Assembly (NCBI GenBank): GCA_036867785.1
Contig: CP145411.1
Coordinates: forward strand, 1,736,001 to 1,800,000
Source of the DNA: Plasmodiophora brassicae
Taxonomy: Eukaryota
Reading direction: 5' to 3'
Length of the DNA: 64,000 bases
Part shown: positions 10,779 to 22,537 of the stretch, in pieces
Layout of the letters: each line of letters starts with the position of its first letter
Numbering within the stretch: position 1 is the stretch's first letter
Notes under the pieces: generated by a model
Database searches by the model: none
Seen by the model: the letters and a program-made list of their open reading frames with translations, nothing else
What the model was told of the DNA's origin: nothing
Translations under genes and position numbers: made by a program

Positions 10779-12930
10779 ATGGGGCGGTGGGTGACGGTGG
10801 CGGTTGTCGTCGCCGTCGCTGCGGCGATGGCGTCGGCGCAGTCGGACACGCGGTCGCTGGAGCGCGCGCAGAGGGTCCTCCAGCGTTCGATGGCGAAACT
10901 CGATGCAGGCGACTTGAGCGGCGCCCTCGCCGGTTTCCGCCAGATGATGCGCGAGTACCCGGATGTTATCGAAGCGTATATGAACGCGGGGGCGGCGTAC
11001 GAGGCGATGGGCGATCGCGCTGCGGCACGAGCGACGATTTTGAAAGGCGCGCGGCGACTGCCTCATATCTCGGTATATCGTCGGCGGTACTCGCTTGGGC
11101 ACCTGCACTCGCTGCTGTGCCGAACACTGATTAACGATTGTTTGGCGCGTCGGGAGGCGAACCCCCAGAATGACGTTCGAGAGGACACCATTGTGAAACG
11201 TTCCGCGTTGGCCGCATGGGGCCTTAAACGTCCCGACGTTGACAAGACGATGGCTAAACTGGATGCTGATTGTTGCGAAGACTCAGCGACAATGAAGGAG
11301 GTCTGCACAGCGGCGACACGACTGGACGAACGCGATCATCGTGTGTTCGGGGACCTGGGGCGGATGCGTTATCTGCTGGGTGACATTGAAGGAGCGGCGG
11401 CTGCGTACGAGGACGCCATCCGAGTGCTCCAGGAGTTCGACGACGGCAGTGAATCGGATGCGGAACTTGGGCGGTATAAGAGAATCCTGAACCAGCTTTA
11501 CAACGTCATCTATAAGCGCAACGTCTTCAGCCCGTTTGATGCGCCCACTGCTGTTCAGGCTCTGCGGAATGCCATCATGCACGTCCCCAGCATTGAGAAC
11601 AAGCAGAACCTTGGTGCCCTTCTTCGATGCCATCGCCCGATCGACGAAGGCGATGCCCGCCATCTGTACATTGATGCCATGCATCAACGATGTGACGAAA
11701 TCAGCCAAATGGGCACGCGCCGGCGGCTTGTTTTTGAGTGGGAGGACATTGGCGCGGATGTCAACATTACCGCTCAAGGCGGTATATTTGCACGCATGGC
11801 TACTCTGCAGGTTCGCAAGCGCTGACCATTCGTGTATGCGAATAGGACAAACGTATCGTCTGGAAGTACCGGGGCGTACCGTTGTAAACGATGACGATGG
11901 CGATTACGTTCCCCTGTCGTTCGGTGACATTCTCCCCGTTGAGTTTGCTGAGCGCGAATTTTTCGTGGCACGCGTTCCGAAGGCTACAATGGAAGGTGCA
12001 ACCGGCGTCATCTACACAGATTCCAAGGTGTTCTACGCTGGCCATTCCTGGATGCCACTCGACTACACCGGTGGGACGACGTCCGATGTCGTATTGGACG
12101 TTCCACATGCGACAGCGACTATTGACCCATCGAACAAGGACAACTGGTACCACTGGATCGTCGAAGGCCTTGGGGCGATCGCCCTGACGCGCCGCTTCGC
12201 TGCCGATCTGCCCATCATGCTGCCCGATTCGCAATGGGCTCGCGAAGCCGTCGCTCTGTTCGGTATTCCCGGAGACAAAGTCATGTGGTATAACCACGAA
12301 GGCCCTCGCCAATACCGGTTCGAGGAACTCGTCAGGGTTGACTGGCGAGAAGCGAAGGGCGCGCCCATTTCCGACGGCCCATCCATGCAGAACATGCACC
12401 ATCCGGGGAGACTCGGTGTCCTGATGGCGCGCGAAGCTGTGCGAAAGGCTGTCGACGCATCGCCCGGTGACGGCCCCAAGCCCGAGATCATCTATGTCGC
12501 TCGTGGTAACCATGAATTTGCCCGCAGCGTTGAGCACGAAGACGACCTGGTGGAGTTGATTGCCGACCTCGTTGGCGACGACAAGTTCCACGTGTTTCGG
12601 GCGGCACCGTCGACGACGCTCATGGACCAGGCGCGCCTGTTCAGTCGAGCACAGGTCATCATCGGGCCACACGGTGCCGGCCTGTCCAACATGATGTTCG
12701 CTCCCATGGGGGTCACCATCGTCTACTTCCCGATCCGCCCCGCTGTTGACAACTGCTTTGCGAACCTCGCCGCTGCGATCGGTGCCAAGCTCCACCCGGT
12801 CGATTCGTTCAACGCGTACTACAACGGGCCGTACATAGCCGACGACGTGCACATCGACCTTGTCCTTGGCGCTCTCAACAAGGTACTCAAATCGCGGACG
12901 CCTGCACGGAAGAACCACGACGAACTATGA
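10779..12930 (+). CDS. Signal peptide + TPR repeats + glycosyltransferase family 61, C-terminal HDEL
   Basis: Hydrophobic N-terminus, TPR-like helices (EAYMNAGAAYEAMG; VFGDLGRMRYLLGD), NWYHWIVE, LFSRAQVIIGPHGAGLSNMMF, ending NHDEL. One intron at about 11782-11846. Confidence 0.85.
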
Positions 12931-12964
12931 CGCTGCATACAGTGAGCGGTTTACATGTCCCGGA

Positions 12965-14071
12965 TCAATGGCTAGGTACGGTGTAGAACTGGATGGATGC
13001 GTCGTCGGAGACGGTGACGAGCTGGTTGGTGCCCGCCGGGCCAAACGCGATACCGGTGACGAGATCGCTGTGCGCCTGGTCGAAGCAGTGCAGCGGCTCT
13101 TGCGTGCGGAGCTCCCAGATCTTGACGCTGCGATCGCACGAGCACGACGCGAACCGTTCGACGCCGCCAGCGGAAACGGGTCCGCGAGGGAATGCCACGC
13201 CCGTCACCCAGCTGTTGTGCCCGGCGAGCGACGCCACCTGCTGCCCACCTCGCACGTCATAAATCCCGATCGTCTGGTCCTCGCTTCCTGTCAGCAGCGT
13301 CTGCCCGTCCGCTCCTGCGAACTGAATGCACCTGGGAGCCCGCCGGCGCTTAGCACCACGATCTACCAGACGATACGAATCTGCGTTACCGAATGCCTTT
13401 CGAATGCCCTGTCATCTTCTGGACGAGCTGGCCGGTTCCAGGGTCCATTATGCCAACTGGAAGGTTGCGTTAGGGCACGGCAGACGCGATACAAATGCAC
13501 GAAGACGTACGTTCGCCTTTGTTACCGCCGGCGGCAAGGCGATCGCCGGACTCGTTGAACGCGACGCTGAGCGCGAACGCGGTCGACAGCTTCATGGACG
13601 ATTCGACGGGTTCGCCGGATCGTGCCGTGAACATGCTGATCGCGCCATCCGTGGCGCCGGTCGCAACAACTTTGTTCGACATGGCCACCGTCCAGTTCTT
13701 CGTCGGCCCCAGCGTGATCTTTCGCAGCTGCGCCTGCTGCTCCAAGTCGTAGACTGTTATGCTGCCATCCATCGAGCTACGACAGGCAAACTCAGCCCAC
13801 ATGGCAATCTCCAGTACATACCACACTACCTAGAAGCCCCCAGGACCCCATCTGGCGATACGGCCACAGAGCAGACCGCGAGCGAATGCCCCGCAAAAGT
13901 TCTGATCGGCGCGGCGGCACCCGCGGTCGACTCCCTGGAGATCTCCCCGGCATTCCACAGCAGGACGGTCTCGTCGAGCGACCCGGTCAGCAGGCCGAAC
14001 TTGCTCCAGGCGACACCCCAGATCGAGTCGCTGTGCGCGTTCGGCACGCGCGCGCCCGTCAGGAACGACAT
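12965..14071 (-). CDS. WDR61: WD40 protein WDR61/SKI8
   Basis: NAHSDSIWGVAWS, SSMDGSITVYDLE, GHNSWVTGVAF, SCSCDRSVKIWE, VTVSDDASIQFY; several short introns. Confidence 0.8.
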
Positions 14072-14214
14072 GATGGCAAACGTTCCCCTCTGTAACGCGG
14101 GGCGCCGTTGCTCCCTCGCGGACTGCGAGACTGCGTTCCCTGTTTACAACAACAGAGGATTGGTATTCGAAATGTCTCGTTTCATTGCACGCTCTGGGAC
14201 GCGCTCAGTTGACG

Positions 14215-15854
14215 CTGAACCCGACCGTGCTCCACGTGTTAGTAATTTATCCGGCAGTGACCTCGTTCCATGCCGTGAGAGCCCACTCGCGAACGAGTGG
14301 ACGCGTGGCCTTTGGGACTACGTTCGGGCATCGTTGCATTTCGGAATGCAACCAGCTTTCCCACAGGCATCGGACTCGATCCTTGAAAGGCTTGTTAACA
14401 CCAACGTCCAGGACTTGAACGCGACCGGTGCAGCGAGGCTCGACAATGTCAACCTCAACGCCGTGTTGGGCCAGAGCGTCAATTACCGGCTGGCACTTGT
14501 GAGCCGACATATCGTCCAGCAGAAGGAGTGAGGAGGCATGAGGGCTTACGTCGACATGATCATCCGTCCTTGGGCGGGTGGAAGACGAACGCGACCGGTG
14601 TGGATGGGTGGAAGACGGATGACCTCACTCCTTCTGCTGGACGATATGTCGGCTCACAAATGCCCGCCGGTAATTGACGCTCTGGCCCAACACGGCGTTG
14701 AGGTTGACATTGTCGAGCCTCGCTACACGGGTCGCGTTCGTCTTCCACCCACCCAAGGACGGGTGATCATGTCGACGTAAGCCCTCATGCCTCTTTCATC
14801 GTTCCAGCTCCTTTGCTGGACGATACAGCGATGGCCATCATTCTTCTGGGCGTCGAGCTGTCGGAGCTCCTTATCGATCCGCCCTCCCGGGATGCCTGCC
14901 ATGCAGAATGAGATCGAAGAAACCGACGGCAATTCATATGGGTACCTCTGAAGATGATGAGCATGCCGAGCTTGTCCCCAGCCATCGACACGGTTAGGCA
15001 CACGGTCGCACTGCTGCTCGAACCGGTGGTCCTGCATCGAACGGTGCGAACTCCCTCCCGAGCAAGAGTTGATGACTTTGGCTGGTCAAAGGGCAATGAA
15101 GTCTCGTCCATGTTCAGCAGCAGATGCGGATCGACGATTTCCAGGTCTCGGATAGAGTTGTTCACCGACGAAAGGTAGCCCTGCACAACATCCTCGTCGT
15201 AACGAGTGTTCTGTGCGACCCGAGTGTACCGTCTCTTGACCAGCTTGGCGTTCCGATGCAGAGAACGTCTGATTTTCTGCTCGGACGCCTGCTCATTCAT
15301 CATGGAGGCGGCATACTGAGGACACTGTCTGCAGTCCACATGAGTAAGTAAGAAGTGTTTAACTGACCTTAACGGTTAACTTACGATGTGACAAACCGGT
15401 GGACTGCTTTCACGTTAATGTTGAGATCACAGCTGTCAAGATATTTGACGTGTTCCTAAACTGCGTCTGTCACGTCTTGCGGCAATGTCGACGCTCTGCC
15501 ATGCGACCTTGTCCTCCGCCTAGACGTCCGCGTGCTGAACGGTTTGAACTGAATGATCGCTTCAGCATCGCTGCTCTCGCTAGACGTTTGATTCGTCGGC
15601 CCCATGAGGTTACGCCGCCAGTCACGAATTTGGCAGGGTTCGATTTGAAACTCGCGAGCAGCGGCTTTGACGTTGCCCCGAGCTGTGGCCGAACGAACAA
15701 TGGTCCGCTTCTGCTTGACGGTGTATAGGCAGCGGCGCCTGGCGACACCCTCGTACGTGGTCCTTTCCCATTGCGCTGCAATCAAAGATGCGCGCCTTCG
15801 CCGCGGACCGCGCCCGCCGTCCAGTTCAACAGTGCTGGGGTGGCCCTCCCTCAT
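14215..15854 (-). mobile_element. Decayed pogo-family (Tc1/mariner superfamily) DDE_1 transposase pseudogene
   Basis: Brinker-like HTH (YTVKQKRTIV..VKAAAREFQIEPCQIRDWRR), catalytic segments NMDETSLPFD, LLLLDDMSAH and QVLDVGVNKPFKD (35 residues between the second and third Asp). Introns at 15384-15329 and 14945-14896, in-frame stops at about 15456 and 14247, and an internal inversion. No matching TIR pair found. Confidence 0.85.
14418..14793. repeat. Interleaved inverted duplication (A-B-A'-B') inside the transposase
   Basis: About 14418-14533 is the near-perfect reverse complement of about 14623-14739; about 14533-14601 is the near-perfect reverse complement of about 14725-14793. Confidence 0.9.
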
Positions 15855-16477
15855 GGCGGTCACCCAACGCAGCGTACCAAGGATAAAGCGCCAAGAACGA
15901 GACGAAGGCAGTTTCGAACTCCTCTCGCCAAAAGGAATCCAACGAACGAAACTCTGAAGTACAAATCTCAATATCTGCCAAACACACGGCAATGCATTGC
16001 CAAACCACCTACCTGTTTGCTGTACGGTAGGTTGATGGACACTACGGGTGTTCTTGACGGAAACCTGTTCGAAATTGTCGATGAGACCGACCTCGTGGCC
16101 AATACATTTTCCTGACCGCGTTGCCCTATGCGATCCAGTGTGCCTGATCTGTCGACGTGTCACTGGGCACTGGCCCGTAGAGCGGGTCAACCCTGACATC
16201 CAAGCGATGATCGCCAAGCACAGAAACCGTTTCGAATGTGGACTTAGTCAGAGCACGTCCTGTCGTATATGGTTTGGTTTTGTCACCGGAGCGAACGTCG
16301 AGTGCACCCGCCACCCGATACTTTCCGACAGTTCCTGCAGGCGACCTGGGCGACGATTCGCACTGAGGCAATTATGGTGGCACACACGCGTACTGTTCGC
16401 GCCAGGACGACATTAATTAGGAGTTGGTCCTACTTAAGCACGTCAGGCGTCTCGGAACGCGATCTACTGTGTATAGC

Positions 16478-16969
16478 TTACAGTTTGGGACGGTCGACAA
16501 GAGCCTTCAGACGAAGCGCGGTGATGGCAGTCTGCTCGAGCGCCGCAACCCTAACCTCTTCATCCGGGCTGTTCCGAACCCGTTGTCGAATGGCGGCCAG
16601 CATCTCCTCCGCGGTTTTGCCAGAAGCGCAAATCAGGAATATGAACCCGAATTTCCGCTCGTACTCTTCGTTCATTTGGCGCATCGCCAGGCGGACGCCG
16701 TCCGTCGCCGACAGCATCCCCGATTGCTCGCGTGATTCACGATCTGACCCTCGGTCGCCAATCTTCGGGTGCGTCGCGAACGTCGCCCGCCACTGGCCCG
16801 CGTCCAACCGCATGAACACGTCCCTCGCGGCCGCCAGCAACGCCTCGTCGTCACGCGCACTCCCCACCGCCGAGCGAACCTCCTGCACCCACGCCTTGTT
16901 CGGACAGCACCCCATCAGGTCCTGGTCCGACGCCCGCGCCACCGCCTCGCACAGCACACGACGACCCAT
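16478..16969 (-). CDS. URAD: OHCU decarboxylase (urate degradation), intronless
   Basis: FATHPKIG, SREQSG, NEEYERKFGFIFLICASGKTAEEML, EQTAITALRL; ends in PKL. Confidence 0.9.
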   Translation of the reverse strand: MGRRVLCEAVARASDQDLMGCCPNKAWVQEVRSAVGSARDDEALLAAARDVFMRLDAGQWRATFATHPKIGDRGSDRESREQSGMLSATDGVRLAMRQMNEEYERKFGFIFLICASGKTAEEMLAAIRQRVRNSPDEEVRVAALEQTAITALRLKALVDRPKL

Positions 16970-17130
16970 CGTGACGACCCCCTCACTGAATTGTTCAAAA
17001 TGACGACTGCCTCCTCAAACGTGTCACGGCGTGGATCAGTGTGACAGTGACCACGTTCGCCGGTGCACTCGCTCAGACGTCTTTTTGTTTTGAACACGGG
17101 GTGCTACTTTACGCGACGGCCACTGACCCA

Positions 17131-17226
17131 GAGCTGCATACGTGCAGTGAGCTGCATACGTGCAGTGAGCTGCATATATACGTGCAGTGAGCTGCATACG
17201 TGCAGTGAGCTGCATACGTGCAGTGA
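17131..17226. repeat. Minisatellite, 5 x 18 bp GAGCTGCATACGTGCAGT
   Basis: Directly visible tandem array; the third unit carries an extra TATA. Confidence 0.95.
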
Positions 17227-17283
17227 ACAGTGATGGGATGGTCGTTGGAAGCGTTTTGGGTCATTTGGCAAATGGGGCGGTTG

Positions 17284-18152
17284 TTAAAAGGTGGCGTCGA
17301 CGGGTGGCAGGTGGCCAGAGTCGCCGACGGCGCGGACGGACACCTTGCCGTCGTCGAAGATGGTGATCCAGGTCAGCGAGCAGTTGTGGATGCCGAAACG
17401 CAGCCAGGCGTGGCCGTCGAGTTGCATGGCGCGCAGCGTCCAGAACCGGATGAGGTTGCCGTGGGCGACGACGACCTCGTACGTCTGCTGGGGCAGCTGC
17501 TCGCCGCCTGCTGACTGCGCCGGGTTGGGACGGTGGAATATCATGCGGTACCCTGCTTCTGCCCTTGCGCTTTCCAGGAACAGTTCGGACTCGGACGGTG
17601 AATACGTCAGTGGTGTCGGGATGGGTTCGCAAGGGCACCCTTCCCTCAGCATATCGCTAAATTCCATCGGCGGGCACTCTGGCAGACTGCGCGTCGCTCC
17701 TCAGTGTTGGAATCGGAGAGAACGGTTGCTTCTACTCACCAGTCCTTGATGATGTCTGCGGTTTCTTTGGCTCTGGTCATGGTGCTAACCCAGATACGAT
17801 CGAACTGGACGCCCAGGTTCGCAAGGCGCTTCCCAGTCAGCGCTGCTTGGCGCCGACCTACGTCTGTCAGGACCCGTTCGGCATCGTCGTCAACGTCCGG
17901 CGAATAAACATATTGTCCATGCCGGATAAGAAGAATATGGCGCTCGCGACGTTGGGTTATTGCCGTCTTGTTGCCTTGATCGTTAGGTGTCGACGGCGGG
18001 GACTTCAGTACCGGTTTCCTTCGATCCTGTCCCAATGTCAGCCGGATGCTGCCGTTCCGCCCTGCATATGCTACCCAGTTGAAATCCCAGCCTCCTGATG
18101 TCGCGCCCATCGCCGGTATTGCCCTGATCGCCACAAGACACACGCGCCGCAT
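17284..18152 (-). CDS. PGAM5: PGAM5-like histidine phosphatase
   Basis: WDFNW motif, LLIRHGQY, STMTRAKETADII, LREGCP, VVAHGNLIRFWTLRAMQL, RAVGDSGHLP; introns. Confidence 0.88.
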
Positions 18153-18494
18153 GTTTGTTTCACCGGCAGACAGACTGGCTGCACAGAGAGTGAGAAGCAG
18201 CCCAGACGGTGACTGGGTGCTGTTCTGTTTTCACGCTAAGTGATTCTCTATTGAACCCCGGACCAGCAATTCGCCCGGATCGTAGGGCGTTAATCGTCTT
18301 CTTATCCCGTCTAAGTACTTACTCGCAGGAGTTGTCTGTAGGAAATCAGGAGCGCCTTGTCAGCTGTGCTGGAGATACTTTGTCATATCGGAGAGTCTGG
18401 CGAGGCACGCGCCGCCGTTGTTGGGTGGACCCAAGCGGTATCGCATAGACGGTTTGAGGCGTATCTCGTTTGGGTTAACTGTTCCTGTAAGACG

Positions 18495-19904
18495 ATGGAT
18501 CCGTCGGACCCTGCCAATGCTTCACCACCTGAGGCAGGTCGCTCACGGTTTCGAAGCCAACGCCAGTTCTTCTCGTTCATGCGGCACACGTTGCCCCGTC
18601 TGGGCCTCTTCGACATCAAGCCCCTCCCGCAAGACAAGGAATGGCGTGAAAGCAGCTGCTCGTCCAACATCTTCGCTCGTCGTTCCAAAGACATCGACAA
18701 GGCGCTTGCCCGATGTAACGATTGGCGAAGGATCTCCAACGTGCTGATCAACCGATCACTTGTGCTGTGCGAGGATGACGCAGAATGCAACCAGAGCCTA
18801 ATTCGTACGTGATAGGAGCTTGTTCGTTGAACAGTACTGACGCTCATGGTGCAGAGTTTGGATTCCTGGGCGTGTCCGAAATGTAACTCAGACGACGGCC
18901 GCGCGCGTGTTGAAGCGGCTCTAATCTGCCACATAGAATTTCCATCGACGTAGGAAAATTCGCCGTTGTGTCCCCGTGGAAGGCGTTCTCTCGTTCGAAC
19001 AGCGCTTGGTCCGCTGCAGACTGGAGCGGGGCAATGCATAGCCGCTCGATAGCGAAGGAGCTGTAAGTGTCAATGTCAGTGAACTCTGGGTGGCTAATCT
19101 GATCGGTCGTTGTCTGGAGAATGCAATCCACCCCAGACACCACGGCCCTGATGAATGGCGATGCTGCTAGCCGGTTTGTCGCTTCGTACAGCGTTTCGGT
19201 CGCGTTATGACGTGTACGATCAGGTTGATTGCGAAGACGAGCGCTCAGAAGGACTATAAGCGTTTGTACCAGGAGCTTGTCCTGTCAGAGTTCTTCAAGA
19301 CGCATTCCTTGGCGCTGGACCGGATTGCCGGGTGCACTTTCTCATGGCAGGACATCTGCACGAAGTTGAACCGAGATCCTACGAAGGCGGCCACGGGCAA
19401 AGCCGTCGAAGAATCGATCTTCGTATTTGAGCCGACGATCGACGACGCTCTTGCCGACATTCCTGACGGCGACCTGTCCAACTACCGTCTGGTGTACCGT
19501 CCAGATTCCTGGGTAGACTTCCTCCGGTTCTGCATATCGAAACGGCTTGAGCAAGCCAAAACGTTGGAGACGCTTCTTGACGACTGGAACTGTATGTCTC
19601 AACGGGTGCGATCATGGCCCTATTCTGATATCACAATCTGTTTCCAGTGAAGCACCCGACGCATGCCGGTGGCGGCAGAGGTTCGTCCCAAGTCACTGCG
19701 TTCCTGCAGCTGACGGCGCTGATCCAATTGGAGATCAACTTGCTCGACAAGTCGCTCGTCTTGCTGGATGGAAACGCGGATGCGGGTAGCGACGAAGACT
19801 CCAGCGCAGGTGGCATCCGGCGCCGATCGTCGATGATAACAATGTCTTGTTCGGCTCCACGCCTGGTAACGACCTCCAGATCAGTGCTCGTTGTACCTAC
19901 GTGA
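18495..19904 (+). CDS. Hypothetical multi-exon protein
   Basis: Chain of plus-strand ORFs (MDPSDPANASPP.., KDYKRLYQELVLSEFFK.., LQLTALIQLEINLLDKSL) separated by GT-AG intron-like gaps. No family recognised; boundaries are uncertain. Confidence 0.4.
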
Positions 19905-22272
19905 GGTCATGTGGAATCCTTCTTGCCTAGACTGTTGCCTCCCATGTGGAGGAAACGGACGACTCGCTTCATAACGTGGACATGGAATCGTGTGATGTGC
20001 CCCCACACCCCCAGCAACAATCGTTAAGGACATGTAATATCGCGTACTGGATTCCCAAACTTCACCGTGTTCACTGCGAGTTCGCAGGGTCATCCGCGAT
20101 GTGACCTGTTCAGCTGTTCCGATTGGCGCTGTGAGAGTCTGGCAATACGCCGTCGATACATGACAGGCATAACTCATCAGGAAATATTACTTACGTGTGT
20201 ATGTAGCCTTTCGCATTGGAATATTCGGGCCTGGAGTGCTCGATTGATGGCCTTGAGGTTGTCGACCCTGTCCTGCAGGATGGTGACGGGCGAGGTCAGG
20301 CCACGCTGCTCACGAAGCAATTCCCGCGCCTCATCCAGTGCCTTGTCGCGGCTGGCTACCGTTAACTTCAGCGCCTCCAGCTCACCATGTGCCTTTGTGA
20401 GTTGGGATCTGACGCGGGCTGCCTGCTCTTCTGTCCCTACGATCTTGTTCATCATGTTTTCCTCACGTTGATTGAATTCTCGACGAAGCTCATCAACATT
20501 CCGCGTCCTGAATTCCGTGAATTGACGCTCTTGCTCGCGGATCTGATCTCGCAACGACTTGATGGTCAGGTTGCCATTCTCGACCTCCTGCCGAAGCTTG
20601 CCTGCAACTTGCTCAGCAACGAACGCAGCTTGGTCAGAACGGTTGGCATCCGCTCGTAGCTGCTTTGATTCGGCCTGCAATGCTGCCACCTTCTGCTGAA
20701 GCTCAGCGTGGGCGCGCTCCAGCAAGACGCACCGCTCCGTTACCGAAGACCGCTGCGAGCTGACCTTGTCCAACTTGTGCAGCAACTCTGTCTCCCATTT
20801 CCGGTGTTGCTGTTTGCACTGACGAAGTTCATCTCGTGCGCGATGGAGACGCTCATTGAAGCGTGCCCTCTCCTTTGCATCTGCACCAGTGCCACGATGC
20901 GCCGTCCGGATAGACCCATTCTTGGCAGATAACCGGCTTTCGAGTTGTTTTCGCTGGAAATGCTCGAACGCAAGCTCAACTTGCATCAACTGGGCAGCCA
21001 TGCGCAACCCGACGGCATCTTCAGGCAAGGTAAAACCGTTCTTCAGTTTCCACAGTTCAACATCCGAAGACGCTGAGGGCGCAGCTAGAGAGTGATCTCC
21101 GTCATCGTGGCTAGATCGCACCACATTGGCCGTTGCGATGGTCTCGAGTGGGCGAGTCGACGACATAGCAACGTCAAAACCTTCGGACGTGCACCCGATG
21201 AGCCCAGGATGAAACGGCAGCGACTTGAACAGAAACTGGAGTGAAGATCGAGACGAGGGCGAACGGGACACCTCCTGCCGCATGAAGCACACAGTCTCCC
21301 AGGGCCAAGCCGTATACAGGCTGCGGAATAGCGAAACGGCAGCATACATGACCTCGACAGGAAGCTGCTCCGCCACTGGAGGGGTAACGGCAGATGGAGG
21401 AGGCGGTAGATTCGACGCCGGCAGCGAATTCGACCGCGACTGCCTCGACGTAGTTATCGGGGACGCCTCGACAATGTTCCATCCAAGTAGATACCGCAGC
21501 AGGCCATATATCTGCGACGCGTCACCGAACGTCGCCGTGCCAACCCCATGTGATATGGCCATGGCGATAGCGATTGCGCCCAGCGACACATAGTGAACGC
21601 TGGACGACGACAGAAGATCTCGCATCAAGCCGGCGTACAGCGGTGCGCTCGTTAGATGCGACAGCGACAGCATCTGGGACATGCATTTAATCGATGGACG
21701 CTCCCGAATCCAACGAACGAACCTGATCCTGTGCCATCGAGAAGAGCAACTGCACGGCTTCATCGCTGGTGGGAGGTTGCTAAATTGACGCCATGAGATG
21801 CGAAAATGTGCACACTGCTGCACGTCATCGTTACGAGGAACGTCTGAAGCTGCTCGAGGAACTGCCCGGGTGCAATCGAGCAGTGGTGACGCAGCAGGTG
21901 CAACACGCACTCGGGAGCGCTCCGGTCGGTGCAGAACCGTCGCATCAGGGCGCGCAGGAACTCATGATCCCGCAGGCACAAATCCTTCGCATACGCCATG
22001 ACCGTCGCCGTGCGGCACCGGTCCAGCGCCTGCAGGCAGACCGCATTGAAGCAGCGCAGATGCCGATGGCCGAACGCGGTCAGCACCCGCTGCAGGTAGC
22101 CGAACAGCGCGTCGATCCGGCGGCCGTCCCCGTCGAACACGACGTCGGCGACCTGGTCGTGGACCCGCTCCGGCAGCGACGTATCGCCGGCGCTGATCGC
22201 CGACAGCACCGCCCCGACGACGCCGTCGTCGTACCGCCCGGCAACGACCGCGTCCCGCAGCGCATCCGACAT
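19881..22272 (-). CDS. TSC1: Hamartin/TSC1-like protein
   Basis: AAVSLFRSLYTAWPWETVCFMR and FKSLPFHPGLI resemble the hamartin core (ALFHRLYGMYPCNFVSFLR; VRIHPELV). LMQVELAFEHFQRKQLESRL resembles LHNQLLYERFKRQQHALRN and is followed by a long coiled coil. The 3' end is uncertain (20177 if the last intron is not spliced). Confidence 0.72.
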
Positions 22273-22537
22273 GCAGCCCGGCCACGCACCACAACGCAGT
22301 GCCGCCCGCCCACCCGAATTCAAAATGAGCCGCCGACCCGTGTGGGCCACTGCCCAACGGGCGATACACACTACGCAGCTGCAGCTCGCGAGTCGGGCGG
22401 GGCCGAACGCAACAGTCGCCGCCGTTTGCAGTCGCGACAGGCACAGCAGCTTCTCCGTGGCACCACAGACGAGACAGAGCGACCCCCATGACACGTGTGT
22501 CTGCATTTTCGACGGTTCGGTTGCCTGACGTCCGCGC

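Noticed and set aside
13326-14531. 401 aa plus-strand ORF
   Set aside because: It lies antisense to WDR61 and the transposase relic and has no recognisable motifs.
16030-16420. Possible gene fragment upstream of the transposase
   Set aside because: Short ORFs without recognisable motifs or convincing splice structure.
17131-17226. CRISPR-like array
   Set aside because: The units are contiguous with no unique spacers, the context is eukaryotic and there are no cas genes.
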